From: Nannocystis bainbridge
Lineage (GTDB): Bacteria; Myxococcota_A; Polyangia; Nannocystales; Nannocystaceae
Direction: 5' to 3'
Assembly (NCBI RefSeq): GCF_028368995.1
Contig: NZ_JAQNDL010000002.1
Coordinates: 1,312,001-1,376,000, forward strand
Length of the DNA: 64,000 bases
In this document: in pieces, positions 1 to 8,741 of the stretch
How the letters are laid out: each line of letters begins with the position of its first letter
Numbering within the stretch: position 1 is the first letter of the stretch
The notes under the pieces: generated by a model
The model's input: only the letters and a program-made list of their open reading frames with translations
Database searches by the model: none
Told to the model about the DNA's origin: nothing
Translations under genes and position numbers: made by a program

Positions 1-260
1 CTACGACTGAAACGCTCTCGCGTGTTCCTGCGGGCAGTCCCGCGTGCTGCTGCGCTCGTGGCATGTCCTTCCGGACATATTCGCCCGCGGCCAGGGGCGC
101 GGCTCCTTGTGAGCCGTGAGGGACGGCCGCGCGGGATGGCCTCACACAATGGCGCGTGCGAGGGCCTGCGAGAGGCGCTCGGGGGCAGGAGAGGACGTCC
201 GAGGCGGCGACGGAGGTGGTCCCCGAGGATCCCCAGGCGCTGCGGGTCGAGCGGATGACA

Positions 261-302
261 TGTTCGAAGGGGCATGTCCATGAGGACATGCTCCGAAGGA
301 CA
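261..302. repeat. Array of 3 head-to-tail 14-bp palindromic units (TGTCC-N4-GGACA family)
   Basis: TGTTCgaagGGGCA / TGTCCatgaGGACA / TGCTCcgaaGGACA, ending 3 bp from the stop codon at 306; a single perfect unit also lies at 64-77. Confidence 0.85.
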
Positions 303-305
303 CCT

Positions 306-3300
306 TCAAAAGCTGCGGGCGACGGCGGCGCGGAAGTAGTTGAGGCCGAGCTCGTCGTCGAAGCCGCGGGCGTACTGCAGCATGAGGTCGATCGCGTCGC
401 CGTAGCCGAGCTTGAAGCTGGCGATGAAGCTGGCGCCGACGCCCCACTTCAGCATCTGGCGGGTGAACTTCTCGCCGTTGGCGCCCCAGGCGGCGCCCAG
501 GTCCATGAACGGGGCGAAGGTCAGGCGGCGCAGGAAGCCGGGCAAGGTGCCGAGGCCGCGCTCGACGTCGGCCAGCGGGATCCGGTACTCGACGTTGAGC
601 ACGCCGTAGTAGCGGCCGGGGAAGGCGAACGGCCGGTAGCCGCGCAGGTTGCCCCAGTCGCCGTAGGGCGCGCGCAGCAGGAAGCTGCGCAGGACCTCGG
701 CCTGCTGCGAGGTGCCGCCGAGGTAGAACGGCGAGCGGCGGCCGAGGGTGCCGGCCGAGGCGCCGCCCTCGAGCGAGAGGCCGAGCACCTGGTGGCCGCG
801 CCACGGCATGCGCAGCATCTCGACGTAGCGGCCGGTGATCCAGACGTCGGAGTAACGACCGCCGAGGTGGGGGTCGATGAGGTTGACGGTGAGGTTGGCG
901 GCGCGGCCGGTCTCGTTGCCGTAGGCGTAGCGGGTGCTGCGGCGGCCGTCGTACTCGAAGGCGAGGCTGACGGAGCCGAGGCCGCCGAGGTCGGGCAAGG
1001 TGGAGGCGGGGGCGCTGGGGTCGATGGCCGGGACGGTGCTGGCGTTGGCGTAGTGGGTGTAGGCGTAGCTGAGGCTGGCGAAGGCGTTGTGGACCGGGTG
1101 GCGCACGACGGGGACGCTGACGGAGGCGCGCGCGGTGGTGATCCGCTCGTCGTAGCCGCGCTGCAGGTAGGACGGCGGGGTGGCGCCGGGCACGAGGTCG
1201 CCGGGGCTGTCGTAGATGTAGCGCTCGAAGCTGCCGCGGCGGGCGTAGTCGCGGCTGACGAGCAGGCGGAAGTTGGGCAGGAAGCGCGCGAACTCGTAGA
1301 CGATCGAGCCGCTGGGGGCGCCGAAGGCGGTGTTGTAGCCGCCGTTGATCGAGAGGGTGTGGAACTCGAGGACGTCGCTGACGCCGATCGAGGCGCCGAT
1401 CTCGGTGCCGAAGCTGCCGGAGGTGGCAGAGGCGAGGGCGGAGGGGAAGATCGTGCGCGGGAAGAAGGTGCGGTAGGCCTTGTAACGGTGGCTCTTGAGG
1501 CTGACGGGCCGCCCGCGATCGCCCATCTCGTCAGGGGTGGGATCGTCGATGATCGGCAGCGGATCTTGCACCGGCAACGGCTCGAAGAACTGGGCCGGGT
1601 CGAGCTTCATGACCCAGAGGTCGTAGCCGTGGGCGGTGAAGCCGACGTAGACGAGGCGCTTGCCGTCGTGGCTGACGACCGGCTCGAAGGCGCCGCCGAG
1701 GACGTTGGTGACCTGATGGACGCGGCCGGTCGCGACCTCGTAGGCGTAGATGTTGAAGACGCCGTCGCGGTCGCTGTTGAAGACGACGTAGTTGCCGTCG
1801 GGGGTCCAGCTCGGCTCGCTGTCGAGGAAGCGATCGGCGGTGGCCCGCAAGGTGGTCTGAGCCTCGCGGTCGTAGATGTAGATGTCGCGCATGCCGCCCT
1901 CGCGGAAGGCGGAGTAGGCGACTTTCTTGCCGTCGGCGGACCATCGCGGGGTGGTGACGACCTGGATCCGCTCGAGCGGGGCGACCTCGGTGACATCCTT
2001 GGTGGCGAGGTCGAGGAAGGCGAGGCGCGCCTGGGCGGCGTCGTTGCGCGAGAACACGACGGTGCGACCGTCAGGCGAGACGTGCGGGTCGCGGGCGCGG
2101 GCGCCGAAGGTGAGCTGCTCGAAGTCGCCGGGGTTCTGCCGGACGTCGCGGGCGCCAGGGGCCGGCGGCCGGTAGCGCCACAGGTCGGTCCAGGAGTAGC
2201 GGAGGTCGTGCACGCCCCAGACCTCGAAGACCATGTCCTCGGAGACGCCGACGAACGAGCCGGAGGCGGCGTCCTGCAGCTCGACGATGCGCTCGACGCC
2301 GACGGACATGCCCTGCTTGCCGATGCCGACGCCCTCGCGCAGGGCGGCGCCGGTGCTGCGGATCCGGCGGATGCCAGGGTTCGAGTGGCCGTCGTCCTCG
2401 AAGTAGTAAATGTGCTGATCGTCGGGCGCCCAGAACGGGTGGCGCACGAAGTTGCCGGAGGCCTGGGCGGAGGTGGTGAAGGTGACGCGCCGCCCCTCGC
2501 GGATGCCACGGGCCCGGATCGCGCGCGCCTGGGCCTGGAAGCGGCGCACGGTGTCGAGCTCGAACTCCTCCCACAGCGTCTCCCAGCTGACGCCGAGGAC
2601 CTTCTGGACGGCGCGATTGATGGCGAACGGGAGGGTCTGGCCGCCGTAGACGTGGTTGAGCTCGGCGAGCTTGTCCTCGCCGTAGCGGTTGCTGATGTAG
2701 CGCAGGAGGTAGAGGCCGTAGAGGTAGACGCTGCTGCCGTGCGGGAAGACGTTGGCGCCGGAGGAGACGCGATCGATGGGGATGAAGCCGTGCTCGAGGA
2801 TCGGAGCGCGCAGGTACATCTCCCACTGGGTGTGGCGCCCGCGACCCTGGCTGGTGAGGCGCGACTCTTCGTGGCTGGCGAGGCCCTCGACGAACCACCG
2901 CGGCTGGATGACGTTGGGCTGCCAGACCTTGCCGGCGCGGCCGAAGCCGAGGAGGGCGTTGACGATCCGCGGGATGCCGTGCGCGGTGTCGAGGTGGATG
3001 ATGTGCGTGTATTCGTGGGTCAGGAGGATGTCGATCCAGTCGTCGTATCCCTCGAGCACGGACATCGAGTCGGGGGCGGTGACGTAGGCGACGATCCGCG
3101 GGTAAGGGCTGGTGTTGGCGAGGCCGTTGGCGGCGTCGGTGTGGTCCTGGTAGACGACGTGGGTCTTGAGCCAGGGGGCGTGCGAGAGGCTGGTCGAGAG
3201 CCGGTCGTGGGCCCGCTCGAGCACCATGGCGGCCTTCTCGGCGGCGTACTCGTTGCCCTGGTAGTAATGGACGTAGAAGTGGTCGCTCTCGAGGGTGCGC

Positions 3301-3422
3301 CAGCGCGTGTCACGGGTGGCCGCTTCGACGGGGCGCCAGCACAGGCAGGCGAGCACGAGCCCGAGCAGCGCCAGGGCCCCGCGCAGGCGGCGAGGTGCAC
3401 GGGCAGGGCGCGTCGCGGACAC
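306..3422 (-). CDS. Outer-membrane protein: N-terminal zincin-like peptidase domain, TolB/PD40 beta-propeller, C-terminal Omp85/BamA-like barrel
   Basis: Signal peptide; HEYTH...EGLA zincin motif; repeated P-x-W/VS-x-DG PD40 motifs; NLRGY motif and terminal Phe typical of Omp85 barrels. Start placed at GTG 3422, 8 nt after TAGGCT (ORF extends to 3431). Confidence 0.8.
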   Translation of the reverse strand: MSATRPARAPRRLRGALALLGLVLACLCWRPVEAATRDTRWRTLESDHFYVHYYQGNEYAAEKAAMVLERAHDRLSTSLSHAPWLKTHVVYQDHTDAANGLANTSPYPRIVAYVTAPDSMSVLEGYDDWIDILLTHEYTHIIHLDTAHGIPRIVNALLGFGRAGKVWQPNVIQPRWFVEGLASHEESRLTSQGRGRHTQWEMYLRAPILEHGFIPIDRVSSGANVFPHGSSVYLYGLYLLRYISNRYGEDKLAELNHVYGGQTLPFAINRAVQKVLGVSWETLWEEFELDTVRRFQAQARAIRARGIREGRRVTFTTSAQASGNFVRHPFWAPDDQHIYYFEDDGHSNPGIRRIRSTGAALREGVGIGKQGMSVGVERIVELQDAASGSFVGVSEDMVFEVWGVHDLRYSWTDLWRYRPPAPGARDVRQNPGDFEQLTFGARARDPHVSPDGRTVVFSRNDAAQARLAFLDLATKDVTEVAPLERIQVVTTPRWSADGKKVAYSAFREGGMRDIYIYDREAQTTLRATADRFLDSEPSWTPDGNYVVFNSDRDGVFNIYAYEVATGRVHQVTNVLGGAFEPVVSHDGKRLVYVGFTAHGYDLWVMKLDPAQFFEPLPVQDPLPIIDDPTPDEMGDRGRPVSLKSHRYKAYRTFFPRTIFPSALASATSGSFGTEIGASIGVSDVLEFHTLSINGGYNTAFGAPSGSIVYEFARFLPNFRLLVSRDYARRGSFERYIYDSPGDLVPGATPPSYLQRGYDERITTARASVSVPVVRHPVHNAFASLSYAYTHYANASTVPAIDPSAPASTLPDLGGLGSVSLAFEYDGRRSTRYAYGNETGRAANLTVNLIDPHLGGRYSDVWITGRYVEMLRMPWRGHQVLGLSLEGGASAGTLGRRSPFYLGGTSQQAEVLRSFLLRAPYGDWGNLRGYRPFAFPGRYYGVLNVEYRIPLADVERGLGTLPGFLRRLTFAPFMDLGAAWGANGEKFTRQMLKWGVGASFIASFKLGYGDAIDLMLQYARGFDDELGLNYFRAAVARSF

Positions 3423-3646
3423 GGGCGCCAAGCCTAACAGGAGGCTCCGCGGGCGGGTACGCGAAGCCGCCGCGATCGGGCGTGCGCGAGGTCGGTGGCG
3501 CGCACGACCGAGGATCGCGGGGCGGCGGATGAACGCGTCTCAGAGGGGGACTGGCGCGCTCGAGGCGCCCGGAGCGGGGGGCGAGGTCCGGCGGCGGTCC
3601 GGTGCGAGCGACGGGGGCTGCGCAGTTCGGGGATGGGCGCGGGCGA

Positions 3647-4309
3647 TCAGGGGTTGGCGTCGGTGCAGGTGCCGGCGTCGCAGCCGAAGAAGGGGGCGCA
3701 GTCCTTGTGGCTGTCGCACGGGTCGCCCTGCTGGCCGTCCCAGCACTGCTGGTCGACACAGGCGGGCGAGGTGGGGCCGCAGTCGTGGTCGTTGACGCAG
3801 GGATCGCCCTCGTCGCCGTCGTAGCAGAGGTGGTCGACGCAGCTGGGGGTGAAATCGGCGCAGTCGCCGTCGTTGTCGCAGGGATCGCCCTCGTCGCCGT
3901 CGTGACACTGATGATCGTCGTCGGCGCAGTAAGGGGCCTGACCCGGGCAGTCGTCGTCCTCGAAGCAGAGCTGGCCCTCGCCGACCGGGGCCGGCGGCGC
4001 GGTGGTCGAGCCGAGGCCGCCGGTGCCCTCGGGGAGGTCGGTGGTGGAAGTGGTGGACGAGCTGGGAGGGTCGCCGGCGGGCAGGTCGGGCGGGGCTGCG
4101 CCCGAGGTGGTGGTGCCGGTGGAGGAGTCGATGGGCGTGTCGGTGGTGGTGCCGTCGGTGGAGGTCGTGGTGGCAGGGGCGGCGGTGGTGATGGCGGGCG
4201 GGGGACCGGCAGTGGCGGTGACGCCGAAGCCGAACCCGGACGGCTTCTCCGGCTCGACGCAGGCGGTGAGCGTCGCCAGTCCGAGAGACAAATACACGAT
4301 GTGTCGCAT
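3647..4309 (-). CDS. Cys-rich repeat lipoprotein
   Basis: Lipobox LTAC; Thr/Pro-rich linker; 3-4 repeats of C-x-DGDEGDPC-x3-DC-x5-P-x-C. Confidence 0.8.
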   Translation of the reverse strand: MRHIVYLSLGLATLTACVEPEKPSGFGFGVTATAGPPPAITTAAPATTTSTDGTTTDTPIDSSTGTTTSGAAPPDLPAGDPPSSSTTSTTDLPEGTGGLGSTTAPPAPVGEGQLCFEDDDCPGQAPYCADDDHQCHDGDEGDPCDNDGDCADFTPSCVDHLCYDGDEGDPCVNDHDCGPTSPACVDQQCWDGQQGDPCDSHKDCAPFFGCDAGTCTDANP

Positions 4310-4608
4310 GGGCAGGCCTCGCTGGATCGCGGCGATCCGTCCCCCAGCATGGGCCGGCATCGCGGCGCGGCTCGCTCATTTCGCGTCGGTGTGACGGCGA
4401 CCGCGAAAGCTCGCAGGAGGGGCCGGCGGGGGCGCTGGCGGGCGAAATTGGAGGAGGGCGGGCGATGATGGGGCGAGCGGAGTGTGGCGGGCCCGACGGC
4501 GGTGGATGGCGAGGTCGCGCGGGGTGATGTGGGTCGTCGGCGAGGCGAAGGTGCGGCAGAGCACCCGGGTGGGCGAGGATGCGACGCGTGAACTGGCGAG
4601 GCGTCATC

Positions 4609-4910
4609 TGCTCGAAAGGACAGGTGCGCGGGGTGTGGTGGTGTCCGAAGGGACAGGCGTCATCTGCTCGAAAGGACAGATGCGTGGGGTGTCCGAAGGG
4701 ACAGGATCGTCTGCTCGAAAGGACAGATGGGTGGTGTTGTGGCCGTATCCGAAGGGACAGGATCGTCTGCTCGAAAGGTCAGATGGGAGGTGGTGTCCGA
4801 AGGGACAGGCGTCATCTGCTCGAAAGGACAGATGCGAGGGGTGTCCGAAGGGACAGGTGCGGCACCATCTGCTCGAAAGGACAGGGGCGATGGGCCTGTC
4901 CTGAAGGACA
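4609..4910. repeat. Array of 12 palindromic 14-bp units, mostly alternating TGCTCGAAAGGACA and TGTCCGAAGGGACA, with ~8-20-bp linkers
   Basis: Units start at 4609, 4642, 4665, 4690, 4712, 4746, 4768, 4794, 4817, 4842, 4870 and 4897; directly downstream of the mnmG stop. Confidence 0.9.
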
Positions 4911-4923
4911 GGCGGCGCCGGTG

Positions 4924-6687
4924 TCACGCGGTCCGGGCGCGCGCGGCTTCGTGGGCGGCTGCTTCGGCGCGGCGCTGGGCGGCGCGGACGTGGGCCCACA
5001 GGCACATCAGGGCTGCCGGGGTGATGCCGGGGATCCGCGCGGCCTGGCCGGTGCTGGTCGGGCGCACGCGGGCGAACCGCTCGGCGGCCTCGGTGGTGAG
5101 GCCGGGCAGGCGCCGGTAGTCGGTGTCGGGGTCGATCGGGAGGTCGGTGGCGCCGCCGCGCATGACCCGGATCTCCTTCTCCTGGCGCTCGAGGAAGCCG
5201 GCGTAGCAGCGCTGCGCCTCGGCCCGCTCGGTCAGCCAGGCCGGGGCGGCGGCGTCGGGCTCGGCGAGCAGCCGGCGGACGCGCTCGACGCGGGCGCGGG
5301 CCCTGTCGTAACGGACAGGGTCGATGAGACCTGCTGCAAAGGCCATGTCCGAGAGCCGGGCGTCGGCGTTGTCCTCGCGCAGGAGCAGGCGGTACTCGGC
5401 GCGGGCGGTGAACATGCGGTACGGTTCGTCGCAGCCCTGGGTGACGAGGTCGTCGATCATGACGCCGGCGTAGGCGTGCTCGCGGCCGAGGATCAGCGGG
5501 GAGCGGCCGAGGGCGGCGAGGGCCGCGTTGGCGCCGGCGACGAGGCCCTGGACGCCGGCCTCCTCGTAGCCGGATGTGCCGTTGATCTGGCCGGCGAACC
5601 ACAGGCCGGGGATGTCGCGGGCGCCGAGAGTGTGGTCGAGGTCGCGGGCGTCGACGGCGTCGTACTCGACGGCGTAGCCAGGGCGCAGCATGACGGCGCG
5701 CTCGAGGCCGGGGATGGTGCGGATGAAGGCTTCCTGGACGTCGGCGGGCAGGCTGGTCGAGATCCCGCCGGGATAGACGCTGTCGGTGTCGAGGCCCTCG
5801 GGCTCGAGGAAGATCTGGTGGCGGTCGCGGGCGGCGAAGCGCACGATCTTGTCCTCGAGCGAGGGGCAGTAGCGCGGGCCGCGGCCGACGACCTGGCCGC
5901 TGTACATGGCGGAGCGGTGGAGGTTGGCGCGGACGAGCTCGTGGGTGGCCTCGGTGGTCCAGGTGATCCAGCACGGGACCTGGGCGAGCACGGGCGGAGG
6001 GCCGTCGTCGGGCAAGGTGAAGCGCGGCAGCGGGTCTTCGCTGGGCTGCTCCTCGGTGCGGGCGTAGTCGAGGGTGCGGCCGTCGAGGCGGGCCGGGGTG
6101 CCGGTCTTGAGGCGGCGGAGGCTGAAGCCGAGGGCGCGCAGGTGCTCGGACAGGGCGAGGGCGGGCGGCTCGCCGACGCGCCCGCCCGGGACGGTGCGCT
6201 CGCCGGTGTGGAGGAGGCCGCCGAGGAAGGTGCCGGTGGTGATGACGACGGCGTCGCCAGGCACGAGGCTGCCATCCTCGAGCACGACGCCGCAGGCGCG
6301 GCCGGCGTCGCGGTGGACGGCGGCGACGAGGCCCTCGAGGACGCGAATCCGGGGGTCGGCGAGCAGGGCGGCGCGGGCGAACTGGCCGTAGCGGGCCTTG
6401 TCGACCTGGACCCGGGTGCTGCGCACGGCGGGGCCCTTGGAGCGGTTGAGGATCCGGCCGTGGATCGCGCAAGCATCGGCGGCGCGGCCCATGAAGCCGC
6501 CCAGGGCCTCGATCTCCTTGACGAGGTGACCCTTGGCGACGCCGCCGATGCTGGGGTTGCAGGGGGTCTGGCCGATGGTGGCGCGGCTGCCAGTGACGAC
6601 GAGGACGCGCGCGCCGACCCGCGCCGCGGCAAAGGCGGCCTCGAGCCCGGCGTGTCCGGCTCCGACGACGATGACGACGGGCTCCAC
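4924..6687 (-). CDS. mnmG: tRNA uridine-5-carboxymethylaminomethyl(34) synthesis enzyme MnmG (GidA)
   Basis: VVGAGHAGLEAA, CNPSIGGVAKG, LNRSKGPAV, GPRYCPSLEDK, FAGQINGTSGYEEA, YRMFTARAEYRL motifs. Start at GTG 6687 is inferred (ORF extends to 6738). Confidence 0.95.
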   Translation of the reverse strand: MEPVVIVVGAGHAGLEAAFAAARVGARVLVVTGSRATIGQTPCNPSIGGVAKGHLVKEIEALGGFMGRAADACAIHGRILNRSKGPAVRSTRVQVDKARYGQFARAALLADPRIRVLEGLVAAVHRDAGRACGVVLEDGSLVPGDAVVITTGTFLGGLLHTGERTVPGGRVGEPPALALSEHLRALGFSLRRLKTGTPARLDGRTLDYARTEEQPSEDPLPRFTLPDDGPPPVLAQVPCWITWTTEATHELVRANLHRSAMYSGQVVGRGPRYCPSLEDKIVRFAARDRHQIFLEPEGLDTDSVYPGGISTSLPADVQEAFIRTIPGLERAVMLRPGYAVEYDAVDARDLDHTLGARDIPGLWFAGQINGTSGYEEAGVQGLVAGANAALAALGRSPLILGREHAYAGVMIDDLVTQGCDEPYRMFTARAEYRLLLREDNADARLSDMAFAAGLIDPVRYDRARARVERVRRLLAEPDAAAPAWLTERAEAQRCYAGFLERQEKEIRVMRGGATDLPIDPDTDYRRLPGLTTEAAERFARVRPTSTGQAARIPGITPAALMCLWAHVRAAQRRAEAAAHEAARARTA

Positions 6688-6823
6688 GGCGGGGCGAGGG
6701 TAGCAGACCACTGAGACGGGGATGGTGGGGGCGAGCATGGCGATGGCCGAGGTCGTCAGCGGGCTTGCGCGGGTTCGCGCTTTATGCGATAGAAGGCTGC
6801 TGGTTGGGGTCAGGAGGCCGTTT

Positions 6824-6899
6824 GCAGAGCGGCAGAGACCGGGGGGCGAGCCGCTGATGCGTAATCAGCAGGCCTCCGGTTCGAGCCCGGGCGCTCGCG
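6824..6899 (+). pseudogene. Degenerate tRNA-Thr(CGT)-like element
   Basis: Anticodon arm GCTGA-TGCGTAA-TCAGC (6853-6869), variable loop AGGCC, T-arm TCCGG-TTCGAGC-CCGGG; 3' CGCTCGC pairs with 5' GC(A)GAGCG; D-arm not canonical and U33 replaced by G. Confidence 0.5.
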
Positions 6900-7044
6900 G
6901 TTTTGGGCGCTGTCAGCCTCTCGCGGCCTCGGGTCGAAGAAATTGAGGGCCGAAATGCCGCAGAATCCGCGTTTCGGGCGGCGCGGGGCGCGGGGGCGCG
7001 CGGCGTTGGAGCCATTCGTTCGCGGGTGGGCTATCTTTGCCGAC

Positions 7045-8604
7045 GTGACGGGCTTCGTGTCGATCGTCGGCGCCGGTCCCTGGGACCCGGAACTACTCAC
7101 CCTGGCGGGGCGCGAGCGGCTGACCCGGGCGGACGTGGTGATCGCGGATTACCTGGTCAACCCGGCGCTGTTCTCCCATTGTCGTGCGGACGTCCACCTG
7201 TTCCAGCGCACCGAGAGCCCGCACGCGGGGGCCCACGGCGAGCCGGTGCCCGACCAGGAGACGATCAATCGCCTGATGGTCGAGCGCGCGGCGGCGGGGC
7301 TGTACGTGGTCCGCCTCAAAGGCGGCGACCCGATGGTGTTCGGCCGCGGCGCCGAGGAGGCCGAGGTGCTGGCGGCGCGTGGGATCCCGTTCGAGTTCGT
7401 GCCGGGGGTCAGCGCGGCGATCGCCGCGCCGGAGGCGGCCGGGATCCCGGTGACGCATCGCGACCACGCGCCGTGCGTGAGCCTGGTGTCAGGCTACGAG
7501 GCGTACGAGAAGGGCGGGCGCGCGGTCGACTGGGAGCACCTGGCCAAAGGGACAGGTACGCTGGTGTTGATGATGAGCGTGCGCAACTGCCGGCAGAACG
7601 CGGAGCGGCTGATCGCGGCCGGGCGCGATCCGGCGACGCCGTCGGCGGTGATCCGCTGGGGCACGCGGGGGATCCAGCGCACGCTGGTGGCACCGCTGGC
7701 GCAGATCGCCGATCGCGTCGAGGCGGAGGGCCTGCGCCCGCCGGCGGTGATGGTGGTCGGCAGCGTGGTCGACCTGCGGCGGTCGACGCAGTGGTTCGAG
7801 CGCCGGCCGCTGTTCGGCAAGCGGGTGGTGGTGACGCGGGCGCGGCACCAGGCGAGCGACCTGCTGCAGCTGCTGGCAGGTCAAGGCGCCGACGCGGTGT
7901 CGGTGCCGTGCCTCGACATCGCGCCGCCCGACGATCTGGCGCTGCTCAGCGGGGCGGCGCAGAGCCTGGACGAGGTCGACGGGGTGATCCTCTCGAGCCC
8001 GAACGGGGTGCGCGCGTGGTTCGACGCGCTGGCCGGGCTCGAGCTCGATGTGCGGGCGCTGCACGGGAAGTGCCTGGCGGCGATCGGGACGGGCACGGCC
8101 AATGCTTGCTGGGAGCGCGGGATCCGGCCGGACATCGTGCCGTCGGCGGCGCGCTCGGAGGGGCTGGTCGAGACGCTGGCGTCGCGCGGGCTGCTGGAGC
8201 GCCGGTGGCTGCACGTGCGCGCCGACGAGGGCCGCGACCTGATCGGCGAGGCGGTGCGCGCGGCGGGCGGGACCTATCGGCTGGTGGTCGGCTACCGCGT
8301 GACGCGGCCGAAGGTGCCGGGGTTGCTGACGCGTTCGCTGCTGCCGCTCGAGCACGGCGGCGAGGGCACCGACGCGATCTGCTTCGCCAGCGGCAAGACG
8401 GCGCGCAACTTCGTCGATACGTTGATGGAGGCGCACGGGGAGGCGCTGACGCAGGAGATCCTGCGCCGCGCGCGACTGGTGGCGCTGGGGCCGGTGACCG
8501 CGGCGGCGCTCGAGGCGATGGACCTGCGACCGGACGCGGTGGCGGGCGGGCTCAGCGACGAGGCGATGCTGGCGGCGGTGATCGAGGCGCTGGGCCGCGG
8601 GTAG
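7045..8604 (+). CDS. cobA: Bifunctional uroporphyrinogen-III C-methyltransferase / uroporphyrinogen-III synthase (CobA-HemD fusion)
   Basis: VSIVGAGPWDPELLT, VRLKGGDPMVFGRG, GIPVTHR; junction WFERRPLFGKRVVVTRA; HemD part SSPNGV, AIGTGTA, FASGKT. Confidence 0.9.
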   Translation: MTGFVSIVGAGPWDPELLTLAGRERLTRADVVIADYLVNPALFSHCRADVHLFQRTESPHAGAHGEPVPDQETINRLMVERAAAGLYVVRLKGGDPMVFGRGAEEAEVLAARGIPFEFVPGVSAAIAAPEAAGIPVTHRDHAPCVSLVSGYEAYEKGGRAVDWEHLAKGTGTLVLMMSVRNCRQNAERLIAAGRDPATPSAVIRWGTRGIQRTLVAPLAQIADRVEAEGLRPPAVMVVGSVVDLRRSTQWFERRPLFGKRVVVTRARHQASDLLQLLAGQGADAVSVPCLDIAPPDDLALLSGAAQSLDEVDGVILSSPNGVRAWFDALAGLELDVRALHGKCLAAIGTGTANACWERGIRPDIVPSAARSEGLVETLASRGLLERRWLHVRADEGRDLIGEAVRAAGGTYRLVVGYRVTRPKVPGLLTRSLLPLEHGGEGTDAICFASGKTARNFVDTLMEAHGEALTQEILRRARLVALGPVTAAALEAMDLRPDAVAGGLSDEAMLAAVIEALGRG

Positions 8605-8741
8605 CGGGGCCGGCGAGCCGTGCGCCGCGCCCGAGGTCGGGGGAGCAGAGGGGGTCGTGTCCGGCGATTGCGGGCGCGCGGAGGCGTTCGCGCCCGCGAG
8701 TGTTTGTCGGTTCACGGACGGACCGGTATCGTAGGGCGGCG

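Noticed and set aside
156-3437. Long antisense or alternate-frame ORFs (e.g. 156..3437 +, 28767..34982 +, 47173..50544 -, and the upstream part of 56274..62117 -)
   Set aside because: Shadow ORFs caused by very high GC3 on the opposite strand; they overlap genes with clear family motifs and have none of their own.
4482-4904. Small ORFs made of motif-derived peptides (CSKGQ, CPKGQ, TCPxGH), also 38543..38863 and 62121..62414
   Set aside because: Translations of the repeat arrays with no coding-type codon bias; not called as genes.
4609-4910. CRISPR array
   Set aside because: Units are only 14 bp, linkers are 8-20 bp and resemble one another, there is no leader or cas gene, and the same unit is dispersed across the window.
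4609-6687. oriC/parS region suggested by mnmG (gidA)
   Set aside because: No rsmG, parA, parB or dnaA nearby, no DnaA-box cluster seen, and the unit does not match the 16-bp parS consensus.
6740-7044. Cobalamin riboswitch upstream of cobA-hemD
   Set aside because: I could not find B12-box-type conserved elements; the structured part fits tRNA arms better.
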